NCBI GenBank assembly: GCA_030141605.1
Contig: JAQGDQ010001636.1
Location: 1-31,498 of the forward strand
Length of the DNA stretch: 31,498 nt
Source: Tubiluchus corallicola
Taxonomy: Eukaryota; Animalia; Priapulida
Reading direction: 5' to 3'
The position numbers and the translations under genes were made by a program. Numbering within the stretch: position 1 is the stretch's first letter; each line of letters starts with the position of its first letter. Positions 11,618 through 22,738 of this stretch are shown here, one piece after another. The notes beneath the pieces were generated by a model. It was not told where the DNA came from. It searched no databases and was given only the letters and a program-made list of their open reading frames with translations.

Positions 11618-12606
11618 TCATTGTGCTGTATTTGCTGCTGATGTTAAATCATCTGGCATGAGGCGATTCAAAAATCGCCTCATAAAATAAGCACGAAAAA
11701 GTTTATACTTCCAAAAGTACATGATTGGATTTACGGTACAATTAATAACTATACCAGAATTGCGCAACAATCTAAGTAAGTTGTACTCGTGGCTCGGAGT
11801 GATACGAGTCAAGATCTTAAACAATGTGTCTAATGACATGCTGCATAAAGTAGTTCCAACAATGATGAACACGATCCTGGCCGATTTAATCATGGCGGCA
11901 ATGTGAGCAGAGGTTCTTTCCGACTCTCCTCCTCCGTCTACGGGATGCTTCTGTTCAAACGCCAAGCCGTGGTCATTATGCGAACGTAGCAGAAGAGGAA
12001 AAGGGATGCGATGGCGAGGTACTCTCCCACTTGAAACCAGATGAGACCAACACTGGTCATGAAATCAGCAACACAGGTGGAGCCCGGAACCCAGTTACTT
12101 ATAGCTGTCAACATGGCGCTGATACCAACAATGAAAGCAGTCACCCATCCTGCTACTATCAGGATGCTGGTTCTTGCGGGTGTTACCCACATCGAATACT
12201 GAAGAGGATAGATTATGCAGACGTACCTGTCCAGTGTGACTGAAGCCATTGTGATCCATGAAGCCGTGAAGAACGTCGTGTGACCAACCACAAACAGGAT
12301 GCAATGAGATTTTAACGGAACCGGAACTGGAGTCAGAGCAACTGGTCCACCGAACAACATCACGGAGAAGTCAGCAACAGCTAAACTTAAAACAAATTGA
12401 TATTTACTCTCGCTTCTTAAAGCTCGGAAAGTAACGATTGTAGAAATGACCAGCACGTTCAGCACCAGACCGGAAACGATAACGGTGCCCAGGAAAATAC
12501 GATACGCAACGTTTCCGAACGACTTTGGCGCGAGCAATAGGTGAGGTGGAGAGGTAGTATTTGATGAGTTAGCATGAGCTGCTGTCATTGTTACATCATC
12601 AGCCAT
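11618..12606 (-). pseudogene. Intronless rhodopsin-family (class A) GPCR split by a single frameshift in ICL3 (pseudogene, null allele or assembly indel)
   Basis: ORF 12606-11938 gives the N-terminus and TM1-TM5 (GLVLN, SLAVAD, TLDRY, TM4 Trp). Overlapping ORF 11965-11618 gives TM6, TM7 (NCTVNPIMY) and helix 8. The frames switch at ~11940-11965. Confidence 0.85.
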
Positions 12607-15145
12607 TTTCTGTACTTGAAATTACAACGTACACGTAGCGTTTGATACGTTAGCATGAGCTGCTGTCATTGTTAAATTATCAGCCATTTTCTGTACTTGA
12701 AATTACAACGTACACGTAGCGTTTGATACGTTAGCATGAGCTTCTGTCATTGTTAAATTATCAGCCATTTTCTGTTCTTGAAATTACAACGTACACGTAG
12801 CCTTTGATACGTTAGCATGAGCTGCTATCATTGTTAAATTATCAACCATTTTCTGTACTTGAAATTACAACGTACACGTAGCGTTTGATACGTTAGCATG
12901 AGCTGCTGTCATTGTTACATTATCAGCCATTTTCTGTACTTGAAATTACAACGTACACGTAGCGTTTGATACGTTAGCATGAGCTGCTATCATTGTTAAA
13001 TTATCAACCATTTTCTGTACTTGAAATTACAACGTACACGTAGCGTTTGATGAGTTAGCATGAGCTGCTATCATTGTTAAATTATCAACCATTTTCTGTA
13101 CTTGAAATTACAACTTACACGTAGCCTTTGATACGTTAGCATGAGCTGCTATCATTGTTAAATTATCAGCCAATTTCTGTACTTGAAATTACAACGTACA
13201 CGTAGCATTTGATACGTTAGCATGAGCTGCTGTCATTGTTAAATTATCAGCCATTTTCTGTACTTGAAATTACAACGTACACGTAGCGTTTGATACGTTA
13301 GCATGAGCTGCTATCATTGTTAAATTATCAACCATTTTCTGTACTTGAAATTACAACGTACACGTAGCGTTTGATGAGTTAGCATGAGCTGCTATCATTG
13401 TTAAATTATCAACCATTTTCTGTACTTGAAATTACAACGTACACGTAGCGTTTGATGAGTTAGCATGAGCTGCTGTCATTGTTACATTATCAGCCATTTT
13501 CTGTACTTGAAATTACAACGTACACGTAGCATTTGATACGTTAGCATGAGCTGCTATCATTGTTAAATTATCAACCATTTTCTGTACTTGAAATTACAAC
13601 GTACACGTAGCATTTGATACGTTAGCATGAGCTGCTATCATTGTTAAATTATCAACCATTTTCTGTACTTGAAATTACAACGTACACGTAGCGTTTGATG
13701 AGTTAGCATGAGCTGCTATCATTGTTAAATTATCAACCATTTTCTGTACTTGAAATTACAACGTACACATAGCGTTTGATGAGTTAGCATGAGCTGCTAT
13801 CATTGTTAAATTATCAACCATTTTCTGTACTTGAAATTACAACTTACACGTAGCCTTTGATACGTTAGCATGAGCTGCTATCATTGTTAAATTATCAGCC
13901 AATTTCTGTACTTGAAATTACAACGTACACGTAGCATTTGATACGTTAGCATGAGCTGCTATCATTGTTAAATTATCAACCATTTTCTGTACTTGAAATT
14001 ACAACGTACACGTAGCGTTTGATACGTTAGCATGAGCTGCTATCATTGTTAAATTATCAACCATTTTCTGTACTTGAAATTACAACGTACACGTAGCGTT
14101 TGATGAGTTAGCATGAGCTGCTATCATTGTTAAATTATCAACCATTTTCTGTACTTGAAATTACAACGTACACGTAGCGTTTGATGAGTTAGCATGAGCT
14201 GCTGTCATTGTTACATTATCAGCCATTTTCTGTACTTGAAATTACAACGTACACGTAGCATTTGATACGTTAGCATGAGCTGCTATCATTGTTAAATTAT
14301 CAACCATTTTCTGTACTTGAAATTACAACGTACACGTAGCATTTGATACGTTAGCATGAGCTGCTATCATTGTTAAATTATCAACCATTTTCTGTATGAA
14401 ATTACAACTTACACGTAGCCTTTGATACGTTAGCATGAGCTGCTATCATTGTTAAATTATCAACCATTTTCTGTACTTGAAATTACAACGTACACGTAGC
14501 ATTTGATACGTTAGCATGAGCTGCTATCATTGTTAAATTATCAACCATTTTCTGTACTTGAAATTACAACGTACACGTAGCGTTTGATACGTTAGCATGA
14601 GCTTCTGTCATTGTTAAATTATCAGCCATTTTCTGTACTTGAAATTACAACGTACACGTAGCGTTTGATACGTTAGCATGAGCTGCTATCATTGTTAAAT
14701 TATCAACCATTTTCTGTACTTGAAATTACAACGTACACGTAGCGTTTGATGAGTTAGCATGAGCTGCTGTCATTGTTACATTATCAGCCATTTTCTGTAC
14801 TTGAAATTACAACGTACACGTAGCCTTTGATACGTTAGCATGAGCTGCTATCATTGTTAAATTATCAACCATTTTCTGTACTTGAAATTACAACGTACAC
14901 GTAGCCTTTGATACGTTAGCATGAGCTGCTATCATTGTTAAATTATCAACCATTTTCTGTACTTGAAATTACAACTTACACGTAGCCTTTGATACGTTAG
15001 CATGAGCTGCTATCATTGTTAAATTATCAACCATTTTCTGTACTTGAAATTACAACTTACACGTAGCCTTTGATACGTTAGCATGAGCTGCTATCATTGT
15101 TAAATTATCAACCATTTTCTGTACTTGAAATTACAACTTACACGT
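12560..15145 (-). repeat. 81-bp tandem array, 32 units; the first unit is the GPCR start region
   Basis: tagcatgagc recurs every 81 nt from 12570 to 15079, with one 79-nt unit caused by a 2-nt deletion at ~14396. Confidence 0.97.
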
Positions 15146-15211
15146 GCACGTACCCAAATTACAACTTACACGTGCACATACCCAAATTACAACTTACACG
15201 TGCACGCACCC
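15128..15211. repeat. Three 28-bp tandem copies at the distal edge of the array, each with CACGTG
   Basis: aaattacaacttacacgtgcac..accc at 15128, 15156 and 15184. Confidence 0.85.
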
Positions 15212-16188
15212 AACACGCTAATGATACGACAGCATCCTAATTATAATTTTTAAGTTGCTGATTCTCTTAGTGTTACAACTACATGCTCAAGTATTCCAGA
15301 ACTGATTAGCGCAGCATCTTTAATACAAGGTCTGTAGCTTTGCTCACGAAATCGTCTTCGCTCGCGCACCTAGCGCAAACTTATTTCACGCAATCTCCAG
15401 TCTTGACTACCCTAAATTACAAATTTACGCGTTTGTATCGACACTTTGTATAGAAGCATAGTGTCATGTTTCGCCTTACATTTAATAGTTCTCGCATTAT
15501 GCTTATGCAACATTAAGCCCTATTCACACTGCATGTTTAATTAATTGATATGTATGATATTTAGTTACTGGCAGTGACAGTAGTTGATTGTATTAATAAT
15601 TATTGATATTTTGTTAGGATGTAGGTACCTACTAATAAACCCCCTTTTGAATTCCGTCTGACCCACTCTTGTCTGCCCTATCGCGGCTGTAATGCAGTGG
15701 CAAAGTCAAGGTTAACGATAGTGCACAGGTGAATAAAATTATAGCTGTTTAAGCGAGTGGCTTCTCGATGAACTTCCTTCAACACTGCTTAGAGATGGAC
15801 GGCAACTTGACACAGAACGAGACAGGTCGTTTACTCGTCTCTGTGAAGTTATATGTCTTGGAAGAGAAATGCCGTACTAGAAAGTTTCACACAAGATATG
15901 GTGTACATGGTGATACCGTGAGAGCCTAGTTGTTGTAAGCTATAGTCGTCAACCAGAGTTGTGCAAAGATGCTGGCTTGCAGTCTGCAGTAGTCGAGTTA
16001 CCTACTGACTGACAGATGGATCGACCGACTACAGAATTACATCCAGTGTGGTAACAGGTACTTTTGTTACGATCGTAACTAACGTCGCACTGATAACGTA
16101 AACATCACGTATACTAGCCTCATGTTCTTCGATACTACTTGCTGGGAAAAGACTAATTTCTCTGACGAAGTTTGGAATCTCCCCCCCC

Positions 16189-16192
<4 letters not shown>

Positions 16193-16247
<55 letters not shown>
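16193..16247. repeat. (TC)n microsatellite
   Basis: Directly visible. Confidence 0.97.
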
Positions 16248-16252
<5 letters not shown>

Positions 16253-16397
16253 CCCCCTCCCGGTGGTCGTGATATTGCACATCATGAAGATCCATTTTTT
16301 CCTTGTGTAATTGATTACTTAACTACAAACGTTACTCTTAATTATAAATGTTATGCCAGTTAATTAAGCTAATGTCTGTGAACTAATGGCATATACC

Positions 16398-16744
16398 TGT
16401 TATAGCATGTCATTTAACTCTCATAAAATAAAACACAAAAATTACACTGTACGGAGTTTATTATCAGCACTAATAAAAATAGGGAACCAAAATACACGTG
16501 CACAAAAAATAAATAACTAACTCAGTAACAGCACTACACCCGAGGAGCACCTGTGTCAGAAATCAAGGTTGTAGTGACCTCTACACGCTTTTATACTGGC
16601 ATTCCAGGTCAGCTGGCTTCTCACACCAAGTGTAGGCCCAAACAAGACGTCTGAACCTACAAGAAAGGTGTGAGTCGCTGCTGACGTGGAAGCAGGGCGT
16701 GTAGAGGGCCCTACACCTGACTCGACAAAGGTGCCTCTGTAACA
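16398..16744 (-). mobile_element. Probable solo LTR
   Basis: TGTTATAG...CTGTAACA termini. On the - strand, TATAAAA (~16595) precedes AATAAA (~16462). The TSD is imperfect (atacc/atatt). Confidence 0.45.
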
Positions 16745-17540
16745 ATATTATTGCTTTCATATAAACGGTAATTGATGATTAATTAATTTGTTGTAGGCCA
16801 AACTTAAAGCACAAGAAAACCCTCCACTTACATACACTTACTTTAAAAACTTAAAAAATATACATACATAACACATACATAATAATACATGCATGCAACA
16901 ATATCAGATCTTGAGCAATTATAGACACATAATGACAATATCTTAATAACTCATTATAACACGTCTTCATTTCACCAATCTAATCATGTGATTAGCCCTA
17001 AAATCGCCACAAGGTGACCGAATGCAAGAGAAGCAAATATTGCCAAAATTTTAGCATAATTCATTATTCACCTTTGCGCCAGCAACAAAGATCAAATTTC
17101 AAGAAGTAAAAAGTGATTACGCAGATAAAAATTATTAGGTGGTGGGTCAGTTTTACCGATTGTTCAGTTCATCATTCACATGCCTATATGGCGGTTATAT
17201 TATACAGGAATAATCACCTTAATAAGGCATATATACATTGCACTATATACTATACTGTATATTACTTTAAAATAGTTAACCTGTGACGATAAAGAAATTA
17301 TTGTACAGTTGGTAGGCCGTGTTGTGTTTAGCGCTCCGACTCGGACGGAAATCGGTCAGTTTCCTGACCACGAATGACGTCCGTCTTATCCAATATCCGG
17401 GCTAACAGGGTCCGGTTTAACGAGGGTCGACTGTAATGTATCACAAACGTATTAACGTAATTAACTGTAATTACATACGAGTGTATTCATAAATATCAAA
17501 TTTCTGGAATTAAATCATCTGCCTTTCTGGACTATTCCAG

Positions 17541-17714
17541 GTTCTCCACCTAGATATGAATCGCATATCGGTAATTTTGCCAGACAGTTTCGATGGATTA
17601 TCCCACTTGAGCAGCCTGAGCTTGAACAGCAACAATCTGACGACGTTATCGTCGCAAGCATTCATTCATCTGAAGGCTCTAGAAACTCTTGACATTTCAC
17701 ATAATCCTCTGCAG
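17541..17714 (+). CDS. Duplicated (inverted) copy of the LRR exon at 21287-21114
   Basis: ttccag|GTT...CAG|gtatat, 58 codons, VLHLDMNRISVILPDSFDGL...LDISHNPLQ. Three substitutions versus the other copy, one of them Ile/Ser. No upstream + strand exons found. Confidence 0.8.
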
Positions 17715-17913
17715 GTATATGTACAAATACAAAAGTAAGATACAATTATTAAGCTGATTAGACATTCCTGGTACCAAATTTAAACATACTTACCATTACA
17801 ATATAGATACAACTTACATACAACCTCTGACTAATAGATTTTCAACAGTGAGTCTGCTAGACCAATGAAAGCGTTATTTCTTGTAAGCATTCTAAAACTG
17901 TTGACTCCAAACT

Positions 17914-18147
17914 CGGGGCCTATTTCAGCCTAAGCGAGGCCCGGGGAAGTGGGGCGTGTGAGGCCCCCTCGGGGTTGGCGCCCAGAAAATTTTTGAACTG
18001 CTACAACGCCGGAGAAGCATTTTCGAAGAGAAAATATGGAGTTATACAGTTGTTAAAGGAAAGAGCAATTGAAAGAAAAACTGCTTTATTCTATTCTCAA
18101 GACCAGTCCTTAATACTTGTCAATCCTGGCAAACGGCACGCGTGCGG

Positions 18148-18220
<73 letters not shown>

Positions 18221-18324
18221 GCAGTATGTTAGCATAAAGGAAAGAAGTTACCTCGGTACGAGGCCCCCCTGGAGGGTGAGGCCCCGGGGAAGTATCCCCA
18301 CTTCCCCCCTTGAAATAGGGCCTG
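17914..18324. mobile_element. hAT-type MITE containing (GA)n
   Basis: TIRs CGGGGCCTATTTCA and TGAAATAGGGCCTG; perfect 8-bp TSD TCCAAACT at 17906-17913 and 18325-18332. Confidence 0.85.
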
Positions 18325-18487
18325 TCCAAACTCTTTTAAACCCTAAATTTACTACTTACGCCTGCATTTAGAAATTTCATAATGTCAACTCTCTTGTGGA
18401 GAATCTTATTAACCTGCAAAATAACCCTGCCTGATTGTTTAAAAAAATGGCTAAGCACATTTTGATAGAATGCTACTCTGTTGACAG

Positions 18488-19786
18488 GTTATCGAAAAAG
18501 GCTCATTCAGCGAACTCGCCAAGCTCCAAGTGCTCAAAGCAACCCACGTTCCGAGTCTTAAACTCCAGGTGCCGCCGGAAATGCTGAAGGGATCCGTAAG
18601 CATCGAGGAACTGGATCTATCGCGGAGTCCCGCGCTAACCGCGGTGCTTCTTACGGACGCCACACAGTACGCAGCGTTAAGAACGATCGTCAATCTGAAC
18701 TTGGACAGCAACGGGCTAACGTCCTTGCCGGAACTGTTCAGAGCCATCTTCCCACATTTGTTACAAATACAGCTGAGGGACAACCCGTGGCACTGCAACA
18801 CTTCGTTGGCATGGATGATAGATTGGCTGCAGACAAGCGAAGTGGTAAACTTTCTGAAACGGGCCGACGTCAAATGCACAACGCCCACGGAACTTGAAGG
18901 CACAAAACTAATGGAAGTCACACTCGATGAAATAATGGCGCTAGAGCAAACCGATGCAACAACTGAACAAACCACGCTGGCGAAGTTCACCGACGAAAAA
19001 TCTACAAAGCAACAACAAACAAGTGAACGTGGAAAAGATTATCACACATCTGGAGCAAATGTGACAACTTATTCTACAGAACTTTCCCCAAAAACATCGC
19101 AAACTGAGACCATGACGACAAAGCCAAATGTGACTGACAATCATCCCAGCACTAGCAGAGCAATAAGTCATGAATTTACACTTGAAGCAACACAAACGCA
19201 CAAGGTGAATCATGAAAGGAGCACAGAAAACGAGCAAAGAAATACTGACAATTACCAAACTACTGTCAAAAGTAAAGAAAGCACACAAGCAACTGACGTC
19301 ACCCAAAAATCGACATCAGCATCTACGGCTATCACAGCAACGGCAACACGGGTATCTAAGATGGTCAAGGCTGAACCGAATAAATCGCGTAATGAAGGAG
19401 CCCCACAAAATACCTGGCTGCACAACCACGGCGCCACGTTCATAATCATCACCACAGTTCTAACTCTCATTGTCATTTCCGTTCTCGTAGGCATCTACTT
19501 CAGGATGCGGAAGCAGAGAAAGATGCAGCACGAGCGCGTTCGCAAAACTTCCGCAGACAGCGAAGCCGGTATCAACACGAGACGATCGATTAACATTTCT
19601 ACAGTGGAATCGAACCAGGAAACCAGCTTTTCTCGCACTTCCGAAAAACAGCCGACGCTGATGAGATTGCTGTCAGACACGGACACGGAAGCTGATGAAT
19701 GGGTGTACCAAAGTGACACGATGAGAGGCGAGGAAGGTACAGAGTACTTCGTTGATCTGTCTGACACAAAGCAACTATTACTATAA
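18488..19786 (+). CDS. Terminal exon of the LRR type I membrane protein (last LRRs, LRRCT, Thr/Ser-rich stalk, TM, cytoplasmic tail without TIR)
   Basis: Acceptor ctctgttgacag|GTT, phase 0, 432 codons plus TAA. Contains LNLDSNGLTSLP, NPWHCN..L.W..W..KCTTP and the TM FIIITTVLTLIVISVLVGIYF followed by RMRKQRK. Confidence 0.9.
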   Translation, partial: VIEKGSFSELAKLQVLKATHVPSLKLQVPPEMLKGSVSIEELDLSRSPALTAVLLTDATQYAALRTIVNLNLDSNGLTSLPELFRAIFPHLLQIQLRDNPWHCNTSLAWMIDWLQTSEVVNFLKRADVKCTTPTELEGTKLMEVTLDEIMALEQTDATTEQTTLAKFTDEKSTKQQQTSERGKDYHTSGANVTTYSTELSPKTSQTETMTTKPNVTDNHPSTSRAISHEFTLEATQTHKVNHERSTENEQRNTDNYQTTVKSKESTQATDVTQKSTSASTAITATATRVSKMVKAEPNKSRNEGAPQNTWLHNHGATFIIITTVLTLIVISVLVGIYFRMRKQRKMQHERVRKTSADSEAGINTRRSINISTVESNQETSFSRTSEKQPTLMRLLSDTDTEADEWVYQSDTMRGEEGTEYFVDLSDTKQLLL

Positions 19787-19935
19787 GCACTAAAAGAGAT
19801 GAGTAACTCATTTCAAAATGCAGAAAGCTACGTGAAAAAAATGTTTGAGACTTCGGAAAAATTATAATTAGTTTTTAAACACAATACACACTGTGTAGAA
19901 TGACATTGAGCTGAAGACCAACAGTGATTTGCCTT

Positions 19936-20346
19936 TGTGAAAGTTACAACTGTATATTTTTAGGTGCTGCCATCTATTGACTAATCACTTTACATTTTAC
20001 TAGTTAAACTCACCCTTAGTATAATTGTACGGTCCAGTGAATGCATACTCACTGGTTCTCTCCCTATTTTACAGTAATGGTTTTTGTGAAGCCAAGTTTG
20101 CATAATTACCTATACCTATATATACTGAGTGGATTTCACTTTCTAGTCACTCTCTGTCACGTTCTCAGTGCAGTGCAGTCGTGCTACACACTGTCTAACT
20201 CACACTCTCAGTGCAGCAGTCGTGATCCTCATTTTACTCATGTGTATTTAGTGTAATAAACGTTTCAGTTTTGTGCAGATGTGTAATATAGTGTTCATTC
20301 TTTTTCTATCAAGTGTTCAACTACAACCACATACATGACTTTCACA
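19936..20346 (+). mobile_element. Solo LTR (411 bp)
   Basis: TGTGAAAGT...ACTTTCACA perfect 9-bp inverted termini, GCCTT on both flanks (5-bp TSD), internal TATATATA then AATAAA. Related copy at ~29010-29290. Confidence 0.8.
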
Positions 20347-20630
20347 GCCTTTTTCGATAACCTGTCAACAGAGTAGCATTCTATCAAAATGTGCTTAGCC
20401 ATTTTTTTAAACAATCAGGCAGGGTTATTTTGCAGGTTAATAAGATTCTCCACAAGAGAGTTGACATTATGAAATTTCTAAATGCAGGCGTAAGTAGTAA
20501 ATTTAGGGTTTAAAAGAGTTTGGACAGGCCCTATTTCAAGGGGGGAAGTGGGGATACTTCCCCGGGGCCTCACCCTCCAGGGGGCCTCGTACCGAGGTAA
20601 CTTCTTTCCTTTATGCTAACATACTGCCTC

Positions 20631-20672
<42 letters not shown>

Positions 20673-21632
20673 ACTCTCTCTCTTGTCGCACGCACGCCGT
20701 TTGCCAGTATTGACAAGTATTAAGGACTGGTCTTGAGAATAAAGCAGTTTTTCTTTCAATTGCTCTTTCCTTTAACAACTGTATAACTCCATATTTTCTC
20801 TTCGAAAATGCTTCTCCGGCGTTCTAGCAGTTCAAAAATTTTCTGGGCGCCAACCCCGAGGGGGCCTCACACGCCCCACTTCCCCGGGCCTCGCTTACGC
20901 TGAAATAGGCCCTGAGTTTGGAGTCAACAGTTTTAGAATGCTTACAAGAAATAACGCTTTCATTGGTCTAGCAGACTCACTGTTGAAAATCTATTAGTCA
21001 GAGGTTGTATGTAAGTTGTATCTATATTGTAATGGTAAGTATGTTTAAATTTGGTACCAGGAATGTCTAATCAGCTTAATAATTGCATCTTACTTTTGTA
21101 TTTGTACATATACCTGCAGAGGATTATGTGAAATGTCAAGAGTTTCTAGAGCCTTCAGGTGACTGAATGCTTGCGACGATAACGTCGTCAGATTGTTGCT
21201 GTTCAAGCTCAGGCTGCTCAAGTGGGATAATCCGTCGAAACTGTCTGGCAAAATTACCGATATGCGATTCATATCTAGGTGGAGAACCTGGAATAGTCCA
21301 GAAAGGCAGATGATTTAATTCCAGAAATTTGATATTTATGAATACACTCGTATGTAATTACAGTTAATTACGTTAATACGTTTGTGATACAGTACAGTCG
21401 ACCCTCGTTAAACCGGACCCTGTTAGCCCGGATATCGGATAAGATGGACGTCATCCGTGGTCAGGAAACTGACCGATTTCCGTCCGAGTCGGAGCGCTAA
21501 ACACAACACGGCCTACCAACTGTACAATAATTTCTTTATCCTCACAGGTTAACTATTTTAAAGTAATATACAGTATAGTATGTAGTGCAATGTATATATG
21601 CCTTATTAAGGTGATTATTCCTGTATAATATA
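20347..21632 (-). repeat. Right arm of ~1.3-kb inverted duplication
   Basis: Reverse complement of 17196-18502. Includes the LRR exon, an intron with the hAT MITE (20525-20914) and only the first 15 nt of the terminal exon (20361-20347). Confidence 0.95.
21114..21287 (-). CDS. LRR protein exon (5th in window)
   Basis: ttccag|GTT CTC CAC...CTG CAG|gtatat, 174 nt, phase 0-0, LxxLxLxxNxL repeats. Confidence 0.9.
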
Positions 21633-21723
21633 GACCACATATAGGCATATCGGATAAATCGGACAATCGGGTAAACCGGACCCACCACCCCCCCAATTAG
21701 TCCGTTATAACGAGGGTTGACAA
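21395..21723. mobile_element. Tc1/mariner-pogo (Tigger-like) MITE; truncated inverted copy at 17138-17433
   Basis: TA|CAGTCGACCCTCGTTA at 21395 and TAACGAGGGTTGAC at 21708-21721. Confidence 0.7.
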
Positions 21724-22138
21724 CATACCACATAATTTTCACACATTGATTATACATTTTCAGCGGTTAAAATCTAAACACGAGGAAGACTCAGATTTTT
21801 AGAGGAAGTATATAATTGTTATTTTGTATTTAACATTATGCGTGACAAGAATGTATTATAATGACTAGATTTGGCAACTTGATCCTTGGTTCAGTCAGTC
21901 AAACCTGACGAATGAGATGCGTAAATGAATGCTCATTTGAAAAACACGTGAGGCGAGTTTGTCAAATAAAGTAATAACTCCATTGTTGAAAAGGAGCCAA
22001 TTTTGAAAAATGTGCGTAATGGTAGCAGTTGCTCCCCTTGTTCCCCTGTTAGCTACGCCCGTTGTCGTAAGGCAATAAGTCGTTTCACAGTTTCTTTGTG
22101 TGCACGCGCAGCTGCTGCAGGTCGAAGGTTAAGTGTCC

Positions 22139-22738
22139 GTAACAATGTGCCTACAACCGTCATGTAACGTGTGGGTACAGCAAAGCCGTCTGCGTCATCA
22201 GTTCAGTAACTTCCGTTGTTTTGCGTAGACTTTACTTAATTATGCATTATTCTGTGCATAGCAGGATCTTTCTTGCGAACGAGAAAAAGTGAACTAGGTA
22301 AGGTTCTAGCTAGCTCTTAAAACTGTTGCTATTACTGTAACAATGTGCCTTGACTACAACCGTCATGTAACATGTGGGTACAGCAAAGCCGTCTGCCTCA
22401 TCAGTTCAGTAACTTCCGTTGTTTTGCGTAGACTTTACTTAATTATGCATTATTCTGTGCATAGCAGGATCTTTCTTGCGAACGAGAAAAAGTGAACTAG
22501 GTAAGGTTTTAGCTAGCTCTTAAAACTGTTGCTATTACTGTAACAATGTGCCTTGACTACAACCGTCATGTAACATGTGGGTACAGCAAAGCCGTCTGCC
22601 TCATCAGTTCAGTAACTTCCGTTGTTTTGCGTAGACTTGACTTAATTATGCATTATTCTGTGCATAGCAGGATCTTTCTTGCGAACAAGAAAAAGTGAAC
22701 TAGGTAAGGTTCTAGCTAGCTCTTAAAACTATTGCTAT
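22139..22738. repeat. Three tandem copies of a 203-bp unit (intronic)
   Basis: Units start at 22139, 22337 and 22540; the first has a 5-nt deletion. Confidence 0.95.

Larger units (their letters stand above)
17196..18502 (+). repeat. Left arm of ~1.3-kb inverted duplication
   Basis: Near-identical to the reverse complement of 20347-21632, with scattered substitutions and indels. Weaker similarity extends to ~17138 and ~21689. Confidence 0.95.

Noticed and set aside
16001-16150. Possible upstream exon on the - strand (tcttttcccag acceptor, ag|gtaact donor, short MRLVYVMF ORF)
   Set aside because: The ORF stops after 14 codons and nothing links it to a gene. It could be a UTR exon but cannot be supported.
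16029-18371. ER/SL dipeptide-repeat ORFs
   Set aside because: Translations of (GA)n/(TC)n microsatellites.
18488-19786. Calling the LRR protein a Toll-like receptor
   Set aside because: The cytoplasmic tail is ~90 aa with no TIR boxes.
18451-19811. Antisense and alternate-frame ORFs over the LRR terminal exon and GPCR-like shadows
   Set aside because: Shadows of a real coding exon with no independent motifs.
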